Shown here in pieces: positions 22,870 through 33,591 of a stretch of DNA of 64,000 bases. Positions within the stretch are counted from its first letter, which is position 1, and every line of letters starts with the position of its first letter. Under the pieces are notes generated by a model that worked only from the letters and a program-made list of their open reading frames with translations, had not been told where the DNA came from and did no database searches. The stretch lies in assembly GCF_022846255.1 (NCBI RefSeq), contig NZ_AP025682.1; one strand, 5' to 3'. The translations under genes were made by a program, and so were the position numbers. The DNA comes from Escherichia coli (GTDB lineage: Bacteria; Pseudomonadota; Gammaproteobacteria; Enterobacterales; Enterobacteriaceae).

Positions 22870-24099
22870 TTATCCCTGCGGCTGGTTACTCACCAGCCGC
22901 GACATCGTCTCCAGCGAATCCGTTCTTAAGATATAAAGTCGTTTTAGTAACAACGGATTATCCCCCGGTTTTACTTTGCCTTTCATGGTCGTCACCGCCA
23001 GGTGAAATCCGGCTTCTTTTGCTGCCTTCACGGCTTTGTCATTAAATCCGCCAAATGGATAAGAAAGATACAAAACATGTGGATTAAATTGCGCCAGAGC
23101 GCGGCGTGAACGTGCAAAATCAAACAGAATATTGTGCTCACTACGGCTCAGCAATATAGGCCGCCGATAACCATCTATCCGATGCAAAAAATGAGTATGT
23201 GACTGGAAATCAAATATATCGCGAATTTCGTTAAGTTCAGAAACGCTCATAAATTGCAGCGATTTTGGGTTCCATTTCTGCGGGTGACGTTTGATGCGCG
23301 AGGTAACAATAAACGCCGTCGCCTTCATACCATATTGTTTCAACACAGGATATGCATAGCGGCTCACCGACTTGAGGCCATCATCAAAGGTAATTACCAC
23401 CGCTCGCGCAGGGAGATTGATCTTATTCTTCACGTAACCTTCCAGCTGCGCCATGCTCAGTGTCGCGTATCCCCTGTCGCGCAGCCAGGCCATCTGGTTA
23501 TTGAAAGCGCGTACCGAGGTGGTCGTCGAAGTATGGCGAAAACGGGTGTTTTCTTCGTCGCGCAAAATATGGTGATAGGTTAGCACCGGCAAGCCATTAT
23601 CGGGTTGGGCATCCAGCGCGCTGATATAGGCCAGTCGATCGCCAATGCGGATCTGATACCAGGTTTGATTTAACCTGTCTTTCAGTTTATGCAAAATCGG
23701 GTAGCGCAAATTGTCCGCCAGTACTCCAAATGGCGCACTGCCCACACTCGGCGCGTTATAAACCGGCGTATCTTTCCAGGTTATTAAGTTCTGATTACTC
23801 AGCGGCTTGTTGAGGTCACCCAAACCATCTTCAACTTTTTGTCGCCCCTGAACCGGCTCGAGATGGCCTTTATCGATAAACCCTTTACCAAAGCCAAAAT
23901 TAAATACGTAATAACTTGCGGCAGTGGGCTCCACGGCAATGATTTGTCCGGCCCGAATATTCCCTACCGTCACCATTTTGTCGCCAATTTGCGCCCAGAC
24001 CGCGGCATTTTCGATGGTTTGCATATAACGGGCAGGTAACGCGGCACTGACACTTGCGGTAAACAGCATCAGCAGGAGAATAACAGCTTGTTTGTACAT
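22870..24099 (-). CDS. yadE: Predicted secreted polysaccharide deacetylase (NodB-homology domain protein)
   Basis: ORF 22870..24099 (409 aa); signal peptide [19 protein letters not shown]; recognised as YadE; stop is 3 nt from panD stop. Confidence 0.8.
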   Translation of the reverse strand: MYKQAVILLLMLFTASVSAALPARYMQTIENAAVWAQIGDKMVTVGNIRAGQIIAVEPTAASYYVFNFGFGKGFIDKGHLEPVQGRQKVEDGLGDLNKPLSNQNLITWKDTPVYNAPSVGSAPFGVLADNLRYPILHKLKDRLNQTWYQIRIGDRLAYISALDAQPDNGLPVLTYHHILRDEENTRFRHTSTTTSVRAFNNQMAWLRDRGYATLSMAQLEGYVKNKINLPARAVVITFDDGLKSVSRYAYPVLKQYGMKATAFIVTSRIKRHPQKWNPKSLQFMSVSELNEIRDIFDFQSHTHFLHRIDGYRRPILLSRSEHNILFDFARSRRALAQFNPHVLYLSYPFGGFNDKAVKAAKEAGFHLAVTTMKGKVKPGDNPLLLKRLYILRTDSLETMSRLVSNQPQG

Positions 24100-24162
24100 G
24101 AAAAAATAACCGAGGGTGAAACAACGCTTTTATTGTAGCAAAAGCGTCATCAGAATCGCGGG

Positions 24163-24603
24163 TTAATACTCATACAAATTATGTTTGAGGACGAAAGGCG
24201 GATTTTTTTGTTGTTGGTGCCAAAGACTACTCACCTCCGGCGCACCCAGTTCGACAATATGCTCGCGAAACGCTGAACTGGTCATGGTTTCACGGCAAGC
24301 CATCATCTGTTCAATTAACGGTAACGTGACACCAGAAATCACTTCGCAACGGGAGTGTTTGTGGCTTAATAATGAAGCCACGCGGTACGGTGGCGCTCCG
24401 GCTATATCGGTTAAAAAGATAACGCCCTCACCAGAGTCCGTTTCATGCAAGGCATCGCACATCATGCGGCTGAGCATATTAGAGCTTAATCCGCGCCAGA
24501 AATTCACGGCCCGGCACTGAAGAAGTGCCCCATGTTTTTTCTCCAGCGCATCCAGTAGCTCTTGCGCCCGGTCATCGTGACAGGTAATTACCCAACCTAA
24601 CAT
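24163..24603 (-). CDS. yadI: Putative PTS enzyme IIA component (mannose-family EIIA-like)
   Basis: ORF 24163..24603 (146 aa) MLGWVITCHDDRAQELLDALEKKHGALLQ; recognised as YadI. Confidence 0.78.
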   Translation of the reverse strand: MLGWVITCHDDRAQELLDALEKKHGALLQCRAVNFWRGLSSNMLSRMMCDALHETDSGEGVIFLTDIAGAPPYRVASLLSHKHSRCEVISGVTLPLIEQMMACRETMTSSAFREHIVELGAPEVSSLWHQQQKNPPFVLKHNLYEY

Positions 24604-24667
24604 CGCCTTCCTCCTTAGCCGAAAATCAGTCTACCCTGACCATTGTTGATAAAGGGTGATAGCCGTC

Positions 24668-24700
24668 AAAACTCCTCTCCCCCAAATCCAGAGGAGAGGA
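24668..24700 (-). terminator. Intrinsic terminator downstream of yadH
   Basis: Stem 24673-24680 / 24693-24700 (CCTCTCC/GGAGAGG core) 7 nt after yadH stop; on the minus strand followed by TTTT (24668-24671). Confidence 0.45.
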
Positions 24701-24707
24701 AATAGCC

Positions 24708-25478
24708 TTAGCTACGCAAACCACGTCCACGTTGGATCAGCGACCAACAGATCAAATAAAACGCCACAATAAAGACCACCAGTACGCCAAAGGTAGTGAC
24801 CAGCGGAACATCATTGATACCGAGGAAGCCGTAGCGGAAACCACTGATCATATAAACGATTGGGTTCAGGTGCGACAGCCCTTGCCAGAACGGCGGCAAC
24901 AAAGTCAGGGAGTAAAACACCCCGCCCAAATACGTGAGTGGCGTTAACACAAAGGTTGGCACCAGGCTGATGTCATCGAACGTTTTGGCAAACACGCCGT
25001 TCAGCAAACCCGCAAGGGAGAATAGCACCGCAGTGAGCACCAGGGTTAAGGCAACGAATACCCACGAATGCACCTGAAACGGCACAAAAAACAGTGAAAT
25101 TGCCGTCACCAAAATACCAACAAACAGACCACGCGCCACGCCACCACCGACATATCCGGCAATAATGACATGAGTCGGAACCGGCGCTACCAGCAGCTCT
25201 TCAATATTACGCTGGAACTTGGCACCAAAAAATGATGACGCGACGTTAGCGTAGGCGTTGGTGATCACCGACATCATGATCAGCCCCGGTACGATGAACT
25301 GCATGTAGCTGAAGCCATGCATATCGCCAATACGCGAACCAATCAGGTTACCGAAGATAATAAAGTAAAGGGTCATGGTGATGACTGGCGGCACCAGCGT
25401 CTGCACCCAGATACGCATAAAGCGATGGATCTCTTTCGCCCAGATGCTTTTTAGCGCCACCCAGTAAAGATGCATCAT
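24708..25478 (-). CDS. yadH: ABC transporter permease (ABC-2 family)
   Basis: ORF 24708..25478 (256 aa); multi-pass hydrophobic; start overlaps yadG stop by 4 nt. Confidence 0.85.
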   Translation of the reverse strand: MMHLYWVALKSIWAKEIHRFMRIWVQTLVPPVITMTLYFIIFGNLIGSRIGDMHGFSYMQFIVPGLIMMSVITNAYANVASSFFGAKFQRNIEELLVAPVPTHVIIAGYVGGGVARGLFVGILVTAISLFFVPFQVHSWVFVALTLVLTAVLFSLAGLLNGVFAKTFDDISLVPTFVLTPLTYLGGVFYSLTLLPPFWQGLSHLNPIVYMISGFRYGFLGINDVPLVTTFGVLVVFIVAFYLICWSLIQRGRGLRS

Positions 25479-26401
25479 GTGCGATCTCCTTGTTTTTCAT
25501 TAACCAGTGAAACAAACAGCTCTTCCAGACGGTTAGCTTTGTTACGCATACTTAATACCTGAATGCCCTGCTCACTTAACTGCGTAAATACGCTGTTGAT
25601 GCCCTGCTCACGCAGCACTTCAACTTCCAGCGTGGCGGTATCTACCAGTCGATACTGATAGCCATCGAGCTTCGGTAACGGACTTTTCGGTGCGAGATCG
25701 AGAATAAAGGTTTCTGATTTCAGCTTCGCCAGCAGCGCCTTCATCGAAGTATTTTCCACCAACTCACCGTGTTGAATAATGCCGATATTGCGGCACAGCA
25801 TTTCTGCTTCTTCCAGGTAGTGTGTGGTGAGAATGATGGTGGTGCCTTTGTCGTTTAAATCCTTCAAAAAGCCCCACATTGAGCGGCGAAGTTCAATATC
25901 CACGCCTGCGGTCGGTTCGTCGAGAATCAGTAGTTTAGGTTCATGCATTAACGCACGGGCAATCATTAAACGGCGCTTCATCCCGCCAGATAACATACGC
26001 GCACGTTCGTTGCGTTTTCCCCATAGATCGAGTTGTTTAAGATACTTTTCGCTGCGAATGTACGCTTCTTTGCGCTCCACACCGTAGTACCCTGCCTGAT
26101 TCACCACAATTTGCTGCACGGTTTCAAACGGGTTGAAGTTAAATTCCTGTGGCACCAGACCCAACTGACGTTTAGCGTTTACGACATCTTTCTCGAGATC
26201 GTAACCAAATACGCTGACCCGCCCGGAGGTTTTATTTACCAGAGAGCTGATAATACCGATAGTGGTCGATTTTCCGGCCCCGTTCGGCCCGAGAAGCGCA
26301 TAAAAATCACCCGCTTCGACCTGCAAATCGATTCCACGAAGCGCCTGAACGCCGCCTGGATAGGTTTTTTTAAGCTGTTGAAGTTCCAGTGCAATGGTCA
26401 T
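25475..26401 (-). CDS. yadG: ABC transporter ATP-binding protein
   Basis: ORF 25475..26401 (308 aa); Walker A GPNGAGKST, signature LSGGMKRR, Walker B LLILDEPT. Confidence 0.88.
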   Translation of the reverse strand: MTIALELQQLKKTYPGGVQALRGIDLQVEAGDFYALLGPNGAGKSTTIGIISSLVNKTSGRVSVFGYDLEKDVVNAKRQLGLVPQEFNFNPFETVQQIVVNQAGYYGVERKEAYIRSEKYLKQLDLWGKRNERARMLSGGMKRRLMIARALMHEPKLLILDEPTAGVDIELRRSMWGFLKDLNDKGTTIILTTHYLEEAEMLCRNIGIIQHGELVENTSMKALLAKLKSETFILDLAPKSPLPKLDGYQYRLVDTATLEVEVLREQGINSVFTQLSEQGIQVLSMRNKANRLEELFVSLVNEKQGDRT

Positions 26402-26509
26402 AAATTTTTACTTACCTTACGTTCTTACACTTTATCTGTGGTTTAAATCGTCCCGGAGTTGCCCTATATTAGCCAAACGTAATTATTTGGTTACAGGTCG
26501 TTAACCTCC

Positions 26510-27172
26510 ATGAAAGACATAGATACACTCATCAGCAACAATGCACTATGGTCAAAAATGCTGGTGGAAGAGGATCCCGGGTTTTTTGAGAAACTGGCAC
26601 AAGCGCAAAAACCGCGCTTTCTATGGATTGGATGTTCCGACAGTCGCGTTCCTGCAGAACGTTTAACCGGTCTTGAGCCGGGCGAACTCTTTGTTCACCG
26701 TAATGTTGCTAACCTGGTCATTCACACCGACCTGAACTGCCTTTCCGTGGTTCAGTATGCAGTGGATGTACTCGAAGTTGAACACATTATTATCTGTGGC
26801 CACTACGGTTGCGGCGGCGTACAAGCCGCAGTTGAAAACCCAGAACTGGGGCTTATCAACAACTGGCTGCTGCATATCCGCGATATCTGGTTCAAACATA
26901 GCTCATTGCTCGGCGAAATGCCGCAAGAGCGCCGTCTGGATACCTTGTGTGAACTGAACGTCATGGAACAGGTGTATAACCTGGGCCACTCCACCATTAT
27001 GCAATCAGCGTGGAAACGCGGGCAGAAAGTTACCATTCACGGCTGGGCCTACGGCATTCACGACGGCTTGCTGCGTGATCTGGATGTCACAGCGACTAAC
27101 CGCGAAACCCTTGAGCAACGTTACCGTCACGGGATCTCCAACCTCAAGCTGAAACACGCCAACCACAAATAA
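26510..27172 (+). CDS. can: Carbonic anhydrase 2 (beta class)
   Basis: ORF 26510..27172 (220 aa) [46 protein letters not shown]; zinc ligand motifs CSDSR and HYGCGG. Confidence 0.92.
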   Translation: MKDIDTLISNNALWSKMLVEEDPGFFEKLAQAQKPRFLWIGCSDSRVPAERLTGLEPGELFVHRNVANLVIHTDLNCLSVVQYAVDVLEVEHIIICGHYGCGGVQAAVENPELGLINNWLLHIRDIWFKHSSLLGEMPQERRLDTLCELNVMEQVYNLGHSTIMQSAWKRGQKVTIHGWAYGIHDGLLRDLDVTATNRETLEQRYRHGISNLKLKHANHK

Positions 27173-27202
27173 AAATGCCATGCCGGATGCAACACATCCG
27201 GC
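27172..27202 (-). terminator. Intrinsic terminator for hpt (shared hairpin with convergent can)
   Basis: Stem GCCGGATG / CATCCGGC (27182-27189 / 27195-27202); on the minus strand followed within 5 nt by TTTTT (complement of 27172-27176). Confidence 0.55.
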
Positions 27203-27212
27203 AACTTCACAC

Positions 27213-27749
27213 TTACTCGTCCAGCAGAATCACTTTGCCGATATACGGCAGATGACGGTAACGCTGTGCGTAATCAATGCCGTAACCCACCACAAACTCA
27301 TCCGGGATCGAGAAACCGATAAATTCTACCGGGACGTTCACTTCACGACGGGACGGTTTATCCAGCAGCGTACAAATCGCCAACGACTTCGGTTCGCGCA
27401 GGCTTAAGATCTCACGCACTTTCGACAGTGTATTCCCCGAGTCGATGATATCTTCAACAATCAGCACGTCCTTGCCACGGATATCTTCATCCAGATCTTT
27501 GAGGATTTTCACATCACGGGTGGTGGACATGCCGCTACCGTAGCTGGAGGCGGTCATAAAGTCGACTTCATGAGATACCTGAACTTCACGGCACAGGTCC
27601 GCCATAAACATAAATGAGCCACGCAGCAGACCCACCAGCACCATATCGCTGCCGCTGTCTTTGTAACGCTCAGTAATCTGACGACCCAGTTCGGCGATAC
27701 GCGCTTTAATCTCCGCTTCGGGGATCATTACTTCTACAGTATGTTTCAT
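27213..27749 (-). CDS. hpt: Hypoxanthine phosphoribosyltransferase
   Basis: Within ORF 27213..27824; ATG 27749 gives [29 protein letters not shown] (178 aa); PRPP-binding motif [13 protein letters not shown]. Confidence 0.92.
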
Positions 27750-27954
27750 ATCTATAACCATATGATTTAAAAACAAATCACTTCGCACGGGCAGGTTTTG
27801 GCACCGCAACAAAGCGCAAGACACGCAGTATACCAGTAAAACTATTCATTCGCGGAATCTGTTAATAAAGCTCGAATTGTGATGACGATCACACATGTTA
27901 AAACCTATAATTAATTGCTACTAAAATATTAATGAATTGAAATGGTGTCTCTTT

Positions 27955-30345
27955 ATGGCAATTAACAATACCGGCTCGCGGCGATTACTCGTCACGCTAA
28001 CAGCCCTTTTTGCAGCGCTTTGCGGGCTGTATCTACTCATTGGCGGAGGCTGGCTGGTCGCGATTGGCGGCTCCTGGTACTACCCTATCGCTGGCCTTGT
28101 GATGCTCAGCGTCGCCTGGATGCTGTGGCGCAGTAAACGCGCCGCGCTTTGGCTGTACGCAGCCCTGCTGCTCGGCACTATGATTTGGGGCGTCTGGGAA
28201 GTTGGTTTCGACTTCTGGGCGCTGACTCCGCGCAGCGACATTCTGGTCTTCTTCGGCATCTGGCTGATCCTGCCGTTTGTCTGGCGTCGCCTGGTCATTC
28301 CTGCCAGCGGCGCAGTTGCCGCACTGGTGGTCGCACTGCTGATTAGCGGTGGTATCCTGACCTGGGCCGGATTTAACGATCCGCAGGAAATCAGCGGCAC
28401 CTTAAGCGCCGATACCACGCCAGCAGAAGCCATCTCCCCCGTTGCCGATCAGGACTGGCCTGCCTATGGTCGCAATCAGGAAGGTCAACGCTTTTCACCT
28501 CTGAAACAAATTAACGCTGATAACGTCCACAAGCTGAAAGAAGCCTGGGTGTTCCGTACTGGCGATGTGAAGCAGCCGAACGATCCGGGCGAAATCACCA
28601 ATGAAGTGACGCCAATTAAAGTGGGCGACACCCTTTACCTGTGTACCGCGCACCAACGTCTGTTTGCGCTGGATGCCGCCAGCGGCAAAGAGAAATGGCA
28701 TTACGATCCTGAGCTGAAAACCAACGAGTCCTTCCAGCATGTAACCTGCCGTGGCGTCTCTTATCATGAAGCCAAAGCAGAAACGGCCTCGCCAGAAGTG
28801 ATGGCGGATTGCCCGCGTCGTATCATTCTTCCGGTCAATGATGGTCGTCTGATTGCAATTAACGCTGAAAACGGCAAGCTGTGCGAAACCTTCGCCAATA
28901 AAGGCGTGCTCAATCTGCAAAGCAATATGCCGGACACCAAACCGGGTCTGTATGAGCCGACTTCGCCGCCGATTATCACCGATAAAACCATCGTGATGGC
29001 CGGTTCAGTCACCGACAACTTCTCAACCCGCGAAACGTCTGGCGTGATCCGTGGTTTTGATGTTAACACCGGGGAGCTGCTGTGGGCTTTTGATCCGGGC
29101 GCGAAAGATCCGAATGCGATCCCGTCTGACGAACACACCTTTACCTTTAACTCACCAAACTCGTGGGCACCAGCGGCCTATGACGCGAAGCTGGATCTGG
29201 TCTATCTGCCGATGGGCGTGACCACGCCAGATATCTGGGGCGGTAATCGCACACCGGAACAGGAACGTTATGCCAGCTCGATTCTGGCGCTGAATGCCAC
29301 TACCGGGAAACTGGCGTGGAGCTACCAGACCGTTCACCACGACCTGTGGGATATGGATCTTCCGGCACAGCCGACGCTGGCGGACATCACCGTTAATGGT
29401 CAGAAAGTGCCGGTCATTTATGCTCCGGCGAAAACCGGCAACATTTTTGTGCTCGATCGTCGCAATGGTGAACTGGTGGTTCCTGCCCCGGAAAAACCGG
29501 TTCCCCAAGGTGCTGCTAAAGGCGATTACGTGACCCCTACTCAACCCTTCTCGGAACTGAGCTTCCGTCCGACGAAAGATTTGAGCGGTGCGGATATGTG
29601 GGGAGCCACCATGTTTGACCAGTTGGTGTGCCGCGTGATGTTCCACCAGATGCGCTATGAAGGCATTTTCACGCCGCCATCTGAACAGGGTACGCTGGTC
29701 TTCCCGGGTAACCTGGGGATGTTCGAATGGGGCGGGATTTCCGTTGATCCGAATCGTGAAGTGGCGATTGCCAACCCAATGGCACTGCCGTTTGTTTCGA
29801 AACTGATCCCACGCGGTCCTGGTAACCCGATGGAACAGCCGAAAGATGCCAAAGGCACGGGTACGGAATCCGGCATCCAGCCGCAGTACGGTGTACCGTA
29901 TGGCGTCACGCTCAACCCGTTCCTCTCACCGTTTGGTCTGCCATGTAAACAGCCAGCATGGGGCTATATCTCGGCATTGGATCTGAAAACCAATGAAGTG
30001 GTGTGGAAGAAACGTATTGGTACGCCGCAGGACAGTATGCCATTCCCGATGCCTGTACCGGTGCCGTTCAATATGGGTATGCCGATGCTTGGCGGGCCAA
30101 TCTCCACGGCGGGTAACGTGCTGTTTATCGCCGCTACGGCAGATAACTACCTGCGCGCTTACAACATGAGCAACGGTGAAAAACTGTGGCAGGGTCGTTT
30201 ACCAGCGGGTGGTCAGGCTACGCCAATGACCTATGAAGTGAATGGCAAGCAGTATGTGGTGATCTCCGCAGGCGGTCACGGTTCATTTGGTACGAAGATG
30301 GGCGACTATATTGTGGCTTATGCGCTGCCGGATGATGTGAAGTAA
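27955..30345 (+). CDS. gcd: Membrane-bound PQQ-dependent glucose dehydrogenase
   Basis: Within ORF 27937..30345; ATG 27955 gives MAINNTGSRRLLVTLTALFAALCGLYLL (796 aa); N-terminal TM helices then PQQ beta-propeller domain. Confidence 0.92.
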   Translation: MAINNTGSRRLLVTLTALFAALCGLYLLIGGGWLVAIGGSWYYPIAGLVMLSVAWMLWRSKRAALWLYAALLLGTMIWGVWEVGFDFWALTPRSDILVFFGIWLILPFVWRRLVIPASGAVAALVVALLISGGILTWAGFNDPQEISGTLSADTTPAEAISPVADQDWPAYGRNQEGQRFSPLKQINADNVHKLKEAWVFRTGDVKQPNDPGEITNEVTPIKVGDTLYLCTAHQRLFALDAASGKEKWHYDPELKTNESFQHVTCRGVSYHEAKAETASPEVMADCPRRIILPVNDGRLIAINAENGKLCETFANKGVLNLQSNMPDTKPGLYEPTSPPIITDKTIVMAGSVTDNFSTRETSGVIRGFDVNTGELLWAFDPGAKDPNAIPSDEHTFTFNSPNSWAPAAYDAKLDLVYLPMGVTTPDIWGGNRTPEQERYASSILALNATTGKLAWSYQTVHHDLWDMDLPAQPTLADITVNGQKVPVIYAPAKTGNIFVLDRRNGELVVPAPEKPVPQGAAKGDYVTPTQPFSELSFRPTKDLSGADMWGATMFDQLVCRVMFHQMRYEGIFTPPSEQGTLVFPGNLGMFEWGGISVDPNREVAIANPMALPFVSKLIPRGPGNPMEQPKDAKGTGTESGIQPQYGVPYGVTLNPFLSPFGLPCKQPAWGYISALDLKTNEVVWKKRIGTPQDSMPFPMPVPVPFNMGMPMLGGPISTAGNVLFIAATADNYLRAYNMSNGEKLWQGRLPAGGQATPMTYEVNGKQYVVISAGGHGSFGTKMGDYIVAYALPDDVK

Positions 30346-30383
30346 GGCTTGCTCAGATTGCTGACAACGTGCGATTTGTTCAT

Positions 30384-30476
30384 GCCGGATGCGGCGTGAA
30401 CGCCTTATCCGGCCTACAAAACATTTGCAAATTCAATACATTGCGCGTAGGCCTGATAAGCGTAGCGCATCAGGCA
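30384..30476. repeat. REP/BIME cluster (two inverted REP copies) between gcd and cueO
   Basis: GCCGGATGCGGCGTGAACGCCTTATCCGGCCTAC (30384-30417) and inverted copy GTAGGCCTGATAAGCGTAGCGCATCAGGC (30447-30475). Confidence 0.85.
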
Positions 30477-30540
30477 GTTTTGCGTTTGTCATCAGTTTCA
30501 TGCCCGGAGAGATCCGGGCATATTTCCGAATACGGTCTTT

Positions 30541-32091
30541 TTATACCGTAAACCCTAACATCATCCCCGTATCTTCATGCTCCAGCAGATGGCAGTGCGC
30601 CATATAAGCATGTTCTTTCGGTGCATCGTGATTAAACTTCACCAGCACTTCGCTGACATTACCTTCTACCTTAACGGTATCTTTCCAGCCTGCGCGATGC
30701 GTCGCTGGCGGTTTGCCATTTTCTGACAAGATACGGAACTGCGTACCGTGGATATGGAACGGATGCAGCATCATGTCGCCCACGCCAGAGATAACCCAAC
30801 GTTCGTACTGCCCTTTCGCCGCCGCAAACATCGGCTTATTCATATCAAACGCCTGACCGTTGATTTTGTTGGCATGGTGGAAATCAAACTTCCCGCTGTG
30901 GTTCATATGATTCATATTGCCGTGCCCCATATGGCCCATCATCTGGCTGTGATCCATCCCGGCCATCGCCTGATCGCCATATTTCTCCATCAGCATCTGC
31001 ATCCCCATCATATCGAGCATTGGGTCCATAGAAAGTTGCAGCTTGCGTACCGTCAGCCCCTCCAGCGAAGGTAACGCAGGCAGGCTACTTAATGTGTCTG
31101 GCAAAGCACCAGAGGCACTAATGGCAATCGGCTGAATCCGCATTACCGGATGCGGCTTGTCAAACGGCGCAATCGCCATCCCCATCTGGCTGACCGGCAG
31201 CGTCACCAGGTCAAAGGGTTTGTTGTCGTTAACCTCCACCAGCACTTCAAAACGCTCGCCCATCAGCACTGGCAGCTCGTTCACCTTCACCGGTTCAGGT
31301 AGCAGACCGCCGTCGCTGGCAATCACATAAAGCGGGCGATTGTCGCTGGTGGCGAAATTGAGCGAGCGGGCATTACAGCCATTGAGCAAACGCAGGCGCA
31401 GCCAGCCACGCGGGGCAGCGTGTTGCGGGTAGATTGCACCGTTGGTCAGCAACGTATCGCCAAACCAACCCACAGCGGCGGTCATCACATCCAGTTGATA
31501 ATCAATCTGCCCGTCAGCGTTAAATTTTTTATCCTGAACAATCACCGGGACATCATCAATACCCCACTGTTTTGGCAGCATTAATTTCAGGATCTCGTCA
31601 TCTTCAATCACCACCAAACCAGCCAGCCCCATCGCCACCTGACGTCCGGTCTTGCCATGTTGATGTGGATGGAACCAGCAGGTAGCGGCAGGTTGATCAA
31701 CGTTCAACGTCACCGAGCGCTTGCCACCTGGCGGAATAATTCCCTGCGGGCCGCCGTCCACTTCACCCGGTACTTCCAGCCCGTGCCAGTGCAACGTCGT
31801 CTCTTCCGTCAGTTGGTTGTAGATATCAACCGTTACCGCTTTGCCACGCTGTAATTTCACCGCCGGCCCCAGCAGATTGCCGTTATAGCCCCAGGTAGTT
31901 GCGGTTTTCCCGCCAAAGGTGGACTGACCTGCGCCAATAGTTAACTGAATGCGATTACGGGCATCGGTCGTGAGCAAATCAGGGATTGGTAACGTTGGGC
32001 GTTCCGCCGCAAATACTGCGCGGCTCCACAGCGGCAAGGCTGAAGCCACACCCAGCGCGACGGAATATTTCAAGAAATCACGACGTTGCAT
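30541..32091 (-). CDS. cueO: Multicopper oxidase CueO (periplasmic cuprous oxidase)
   Basis: Within ORF 30541..32130; ATG 32091 gives Tat signal [28 protein letters not shown] (516 aa); Met/His-rich insert; copper ligands HCHLLEH. Confidence 0.92.
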   Translation of the reverse strand: MQRRDFLKYSVALGVASALPLWSRAVFAAERPTLPIPDLLTTDARNRIQLTIGAGQSTFGGKTATTWGYNGNLLGPAVKLQRGKAVTVDIYNQLTEETTLHWHGLEVPGEVDGGPQGIIPPGGKRSVTLNVDQPAATCWFHPHQHGKTGRQVAMGLAGLVVIEDDEILKLMLPKQWGIDDVPVIVQDKKFNADGQIDYQLDVMTAAVGWFGDTLLTNGAIYPQHAAPRGWLRLRLLNGCNARSLNFATSDNRPLYVIASDGGLLPEPVKVNELPVLMGERFEVLVEVNDNKPFDLVTLPVSQMGMAIAPFDKPHPVMRIQPIAISASGALPDTLSSLPALPSLEGLTVRKLQLSMDPMLDMMGMQMLMEKYGDQAMAGMDHSQMMGHMGHGNMNHMNHSGKFDFHHANKINGQAFDMNKPMFAAAKGQYERWVISGVGDMMLHPFHIHGTQFRILSENGKPPATHRAGWKDTVKVEGNVSEVLVKFNHDAPKEHAYMAHCHLLEHEDTGMMLGFTV

Positions 32092-32136
32092 AGTTATTTC
32101 CTTATTCTTAAGCAGGCGAAACAAAATCAAACGTTG

Positions 32137-32167
32137 AGCATAGTCCTTCCCCTTACGGGAAGGTCAA
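32137..32167 (-). promoter_or_regulatory. CueR (MerR-family) dependent promoter of cueO with 19-bp spacer and dyad operator
   Basis: Minus strand reads TTGACC-TTCCCGTAAGGGGAAGGACTA-TATGCT: -35 TTGACC (32162-32167), dyad CCTTCCC...GGGAAGG (32145-32163), -10 TATGCT (32137-32142), 19-bp spacer; ~45 bp upstream of cueO ATG. Confidence 0.7.
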
Positions 32168-32256
32168 GCCGCAGACACAATTTAATCGACAATAATGGTC
32201 GTCGCCTCGCTCGCAGTGTGCTAACGTTTATCTTCTTTAAGCCCCTGGTAGAAGCA

Positions 32257-32604
32257 ATGAAGACGTTTTTCAGAACAGTGTTATTCGGCAGCCTGATGGC
32301 CGTCTGCGCAAACAGTTACGCGCTCAGCGAGTCTGAAGCCGAAGATATGGCCGATTTAACGGCAGTTTTTGTTTTTCTGAAGAACGATTGTGGTTACCAG
32401 AACTTACCTAACGGGCAAATTCGTCGCGCGCTGGTCTTTTTCGCCCAGCAAAACCAGTGGGATCTCAGTAATTACGACACCTTCGACATGAAAGCCCTCG
32501 GTGAAGACAGCTACCGCGATCTCAGCGGCATTGGCATTCCCGTCGCTAAAAAGTGCAAAGCCCTGGCCCGCGATTCCTTAAGCCTGCTTGCCTACGTCAA
32601 ATAA
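32257..32604 (+). CDS. yacC: Small periplasmic protein YacC (PulS/OutS-like)
   Basis: Within ORF 32086..32604; ATG 32257 gives signal peptide MKTFFRTVLFGSLMAVCANSYA (115 aa). Confidence 0.78.
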   Translation: MKTFFRTVLFGSLMAVCANSYALSESEAEDMADLTAVFVFLKNDCGYQNLPNGQIRRALVFFAQQNQWDLSNYDTFDMKALGEDSYRDLSGIGIPVAKKCKALARDSLSLLAYVK

Positions 32605-32709
32605 TCCCTGATACCTTTTTGTAGAAATATTGACCGTGCATCCGCGGTCAATGTTAGCTATTATGTTGCGCCCTTTTTTTACGGGTGTTAACAAAGGAGG
32701 TATCAACCC

Positions 32710-33576
32710 ATGGCCGAAAAAAAACAGTGGCATGAAACGCTACACGACCAGTTTGGGCAGTACTTTGCGGTAGATAACGTTTTGTATCATGAAAAGACCG
32801 ATCACCAGGATCTGATCATTTTTGAGAACGCCGCATTTGGTCGCGTAATGGCGCTGGATGGTGTAGTACAAACCACCGAGCGTGACGAGTTTATCTATCA
32901 TGAGATGATGACCCATGTTCCGCTACTGGCCCACGGTCACGCGAAACATGTGCTGATTATCGGCGGCGGCGACGGCGCAATGCTGCGTGAAGTGACCCGA
33001 CACAAAAATGTTGAGTCAATCACGATGGTGGAAATCGATGCGGGTGTCGTGTCGTTCTGCCGTCAGTATCTACCCAACCATAACGCCGGTAGTTACGACG
33101 ATCCGCGCTTTAAACTGGTGATCGACGATGGCGTCAATTTCGTTAATCAAACCAGCCAGACTTTTGATGTCATTATCTCCGACTGCACCGATCCTATCGG
33201 TCCCGGCGAAAGTCTGTTCACCTCAGCATTTTATGAAGGTTGCAAACGTTGCCTGAATCCTGGCGGTATCTTCGTCGCACAAAACGGCGTCTGCTTTTTA
33301 CAGCAGGAAGAAGCCATCGACAGCCATCGCAAACTCAGCCATTACTTCAGCGATGTTGGCTTTTATCAGGCGGCGATCCCGACCTATTACGGCGGCATCA
33401 TGACCTTTGCATGGGCGACAGATAACGACGCCTTACGCCATCTCTCAACCGAAATTATTCAGGCGCGTTTTCTCGCTTCTGGCCTGAAATGCCGTTATTA
33501 CAATCCGGCAGTCCATACGGCAGCTTTTGCCTTACCCCAGTATCTGCAAGACGCACTGGCTTCACAGCCGTCCTAA
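32710..33576 (+). CDS. speE: Spermidine synthase (polyamine aminopropyltransferase)
   Basis: ORF 32710..33576 (288 aa) [40 protein letters not shown]; motif [13 protein letters not shown]. Confidence 0.93.
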   Translation: MAEKKQWHETLHDQFGQYFAVDNVLYHEKTDHQDLIIFENAAFGRVMALDGVVQTTERDEFIYHEMMTHVPLLAHGHAKHVLIIGGGDGAMLREVTRHKNVESITMVEIDAGVVSFCRQYLPNHNAGSYDDPRFKLVIDDGVNFVNQTSQTFDVIISDCTDPIGPGESLFTSAFYEGCKRCLNPGGIFVAQNGVCFLQQEEAIDSHRKLSHYFSDVGFYQAAIPTYYGGIMTFAWATDNDALRHLSTEIIQARFLASGLKCRYYNPAVHTAAFALPQYLQDALASQPS

Positions 33577-33591
33577 GGAGAAGATAAGAAA

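Noticed and set aside
30369-30607. Small ORFs (60-72 aa) in the gcd-cueO intergenic region
   Set aside because: They are composed of REP/BIME palindromes and overlap the cueO 3' end. No RBS or coding signature.
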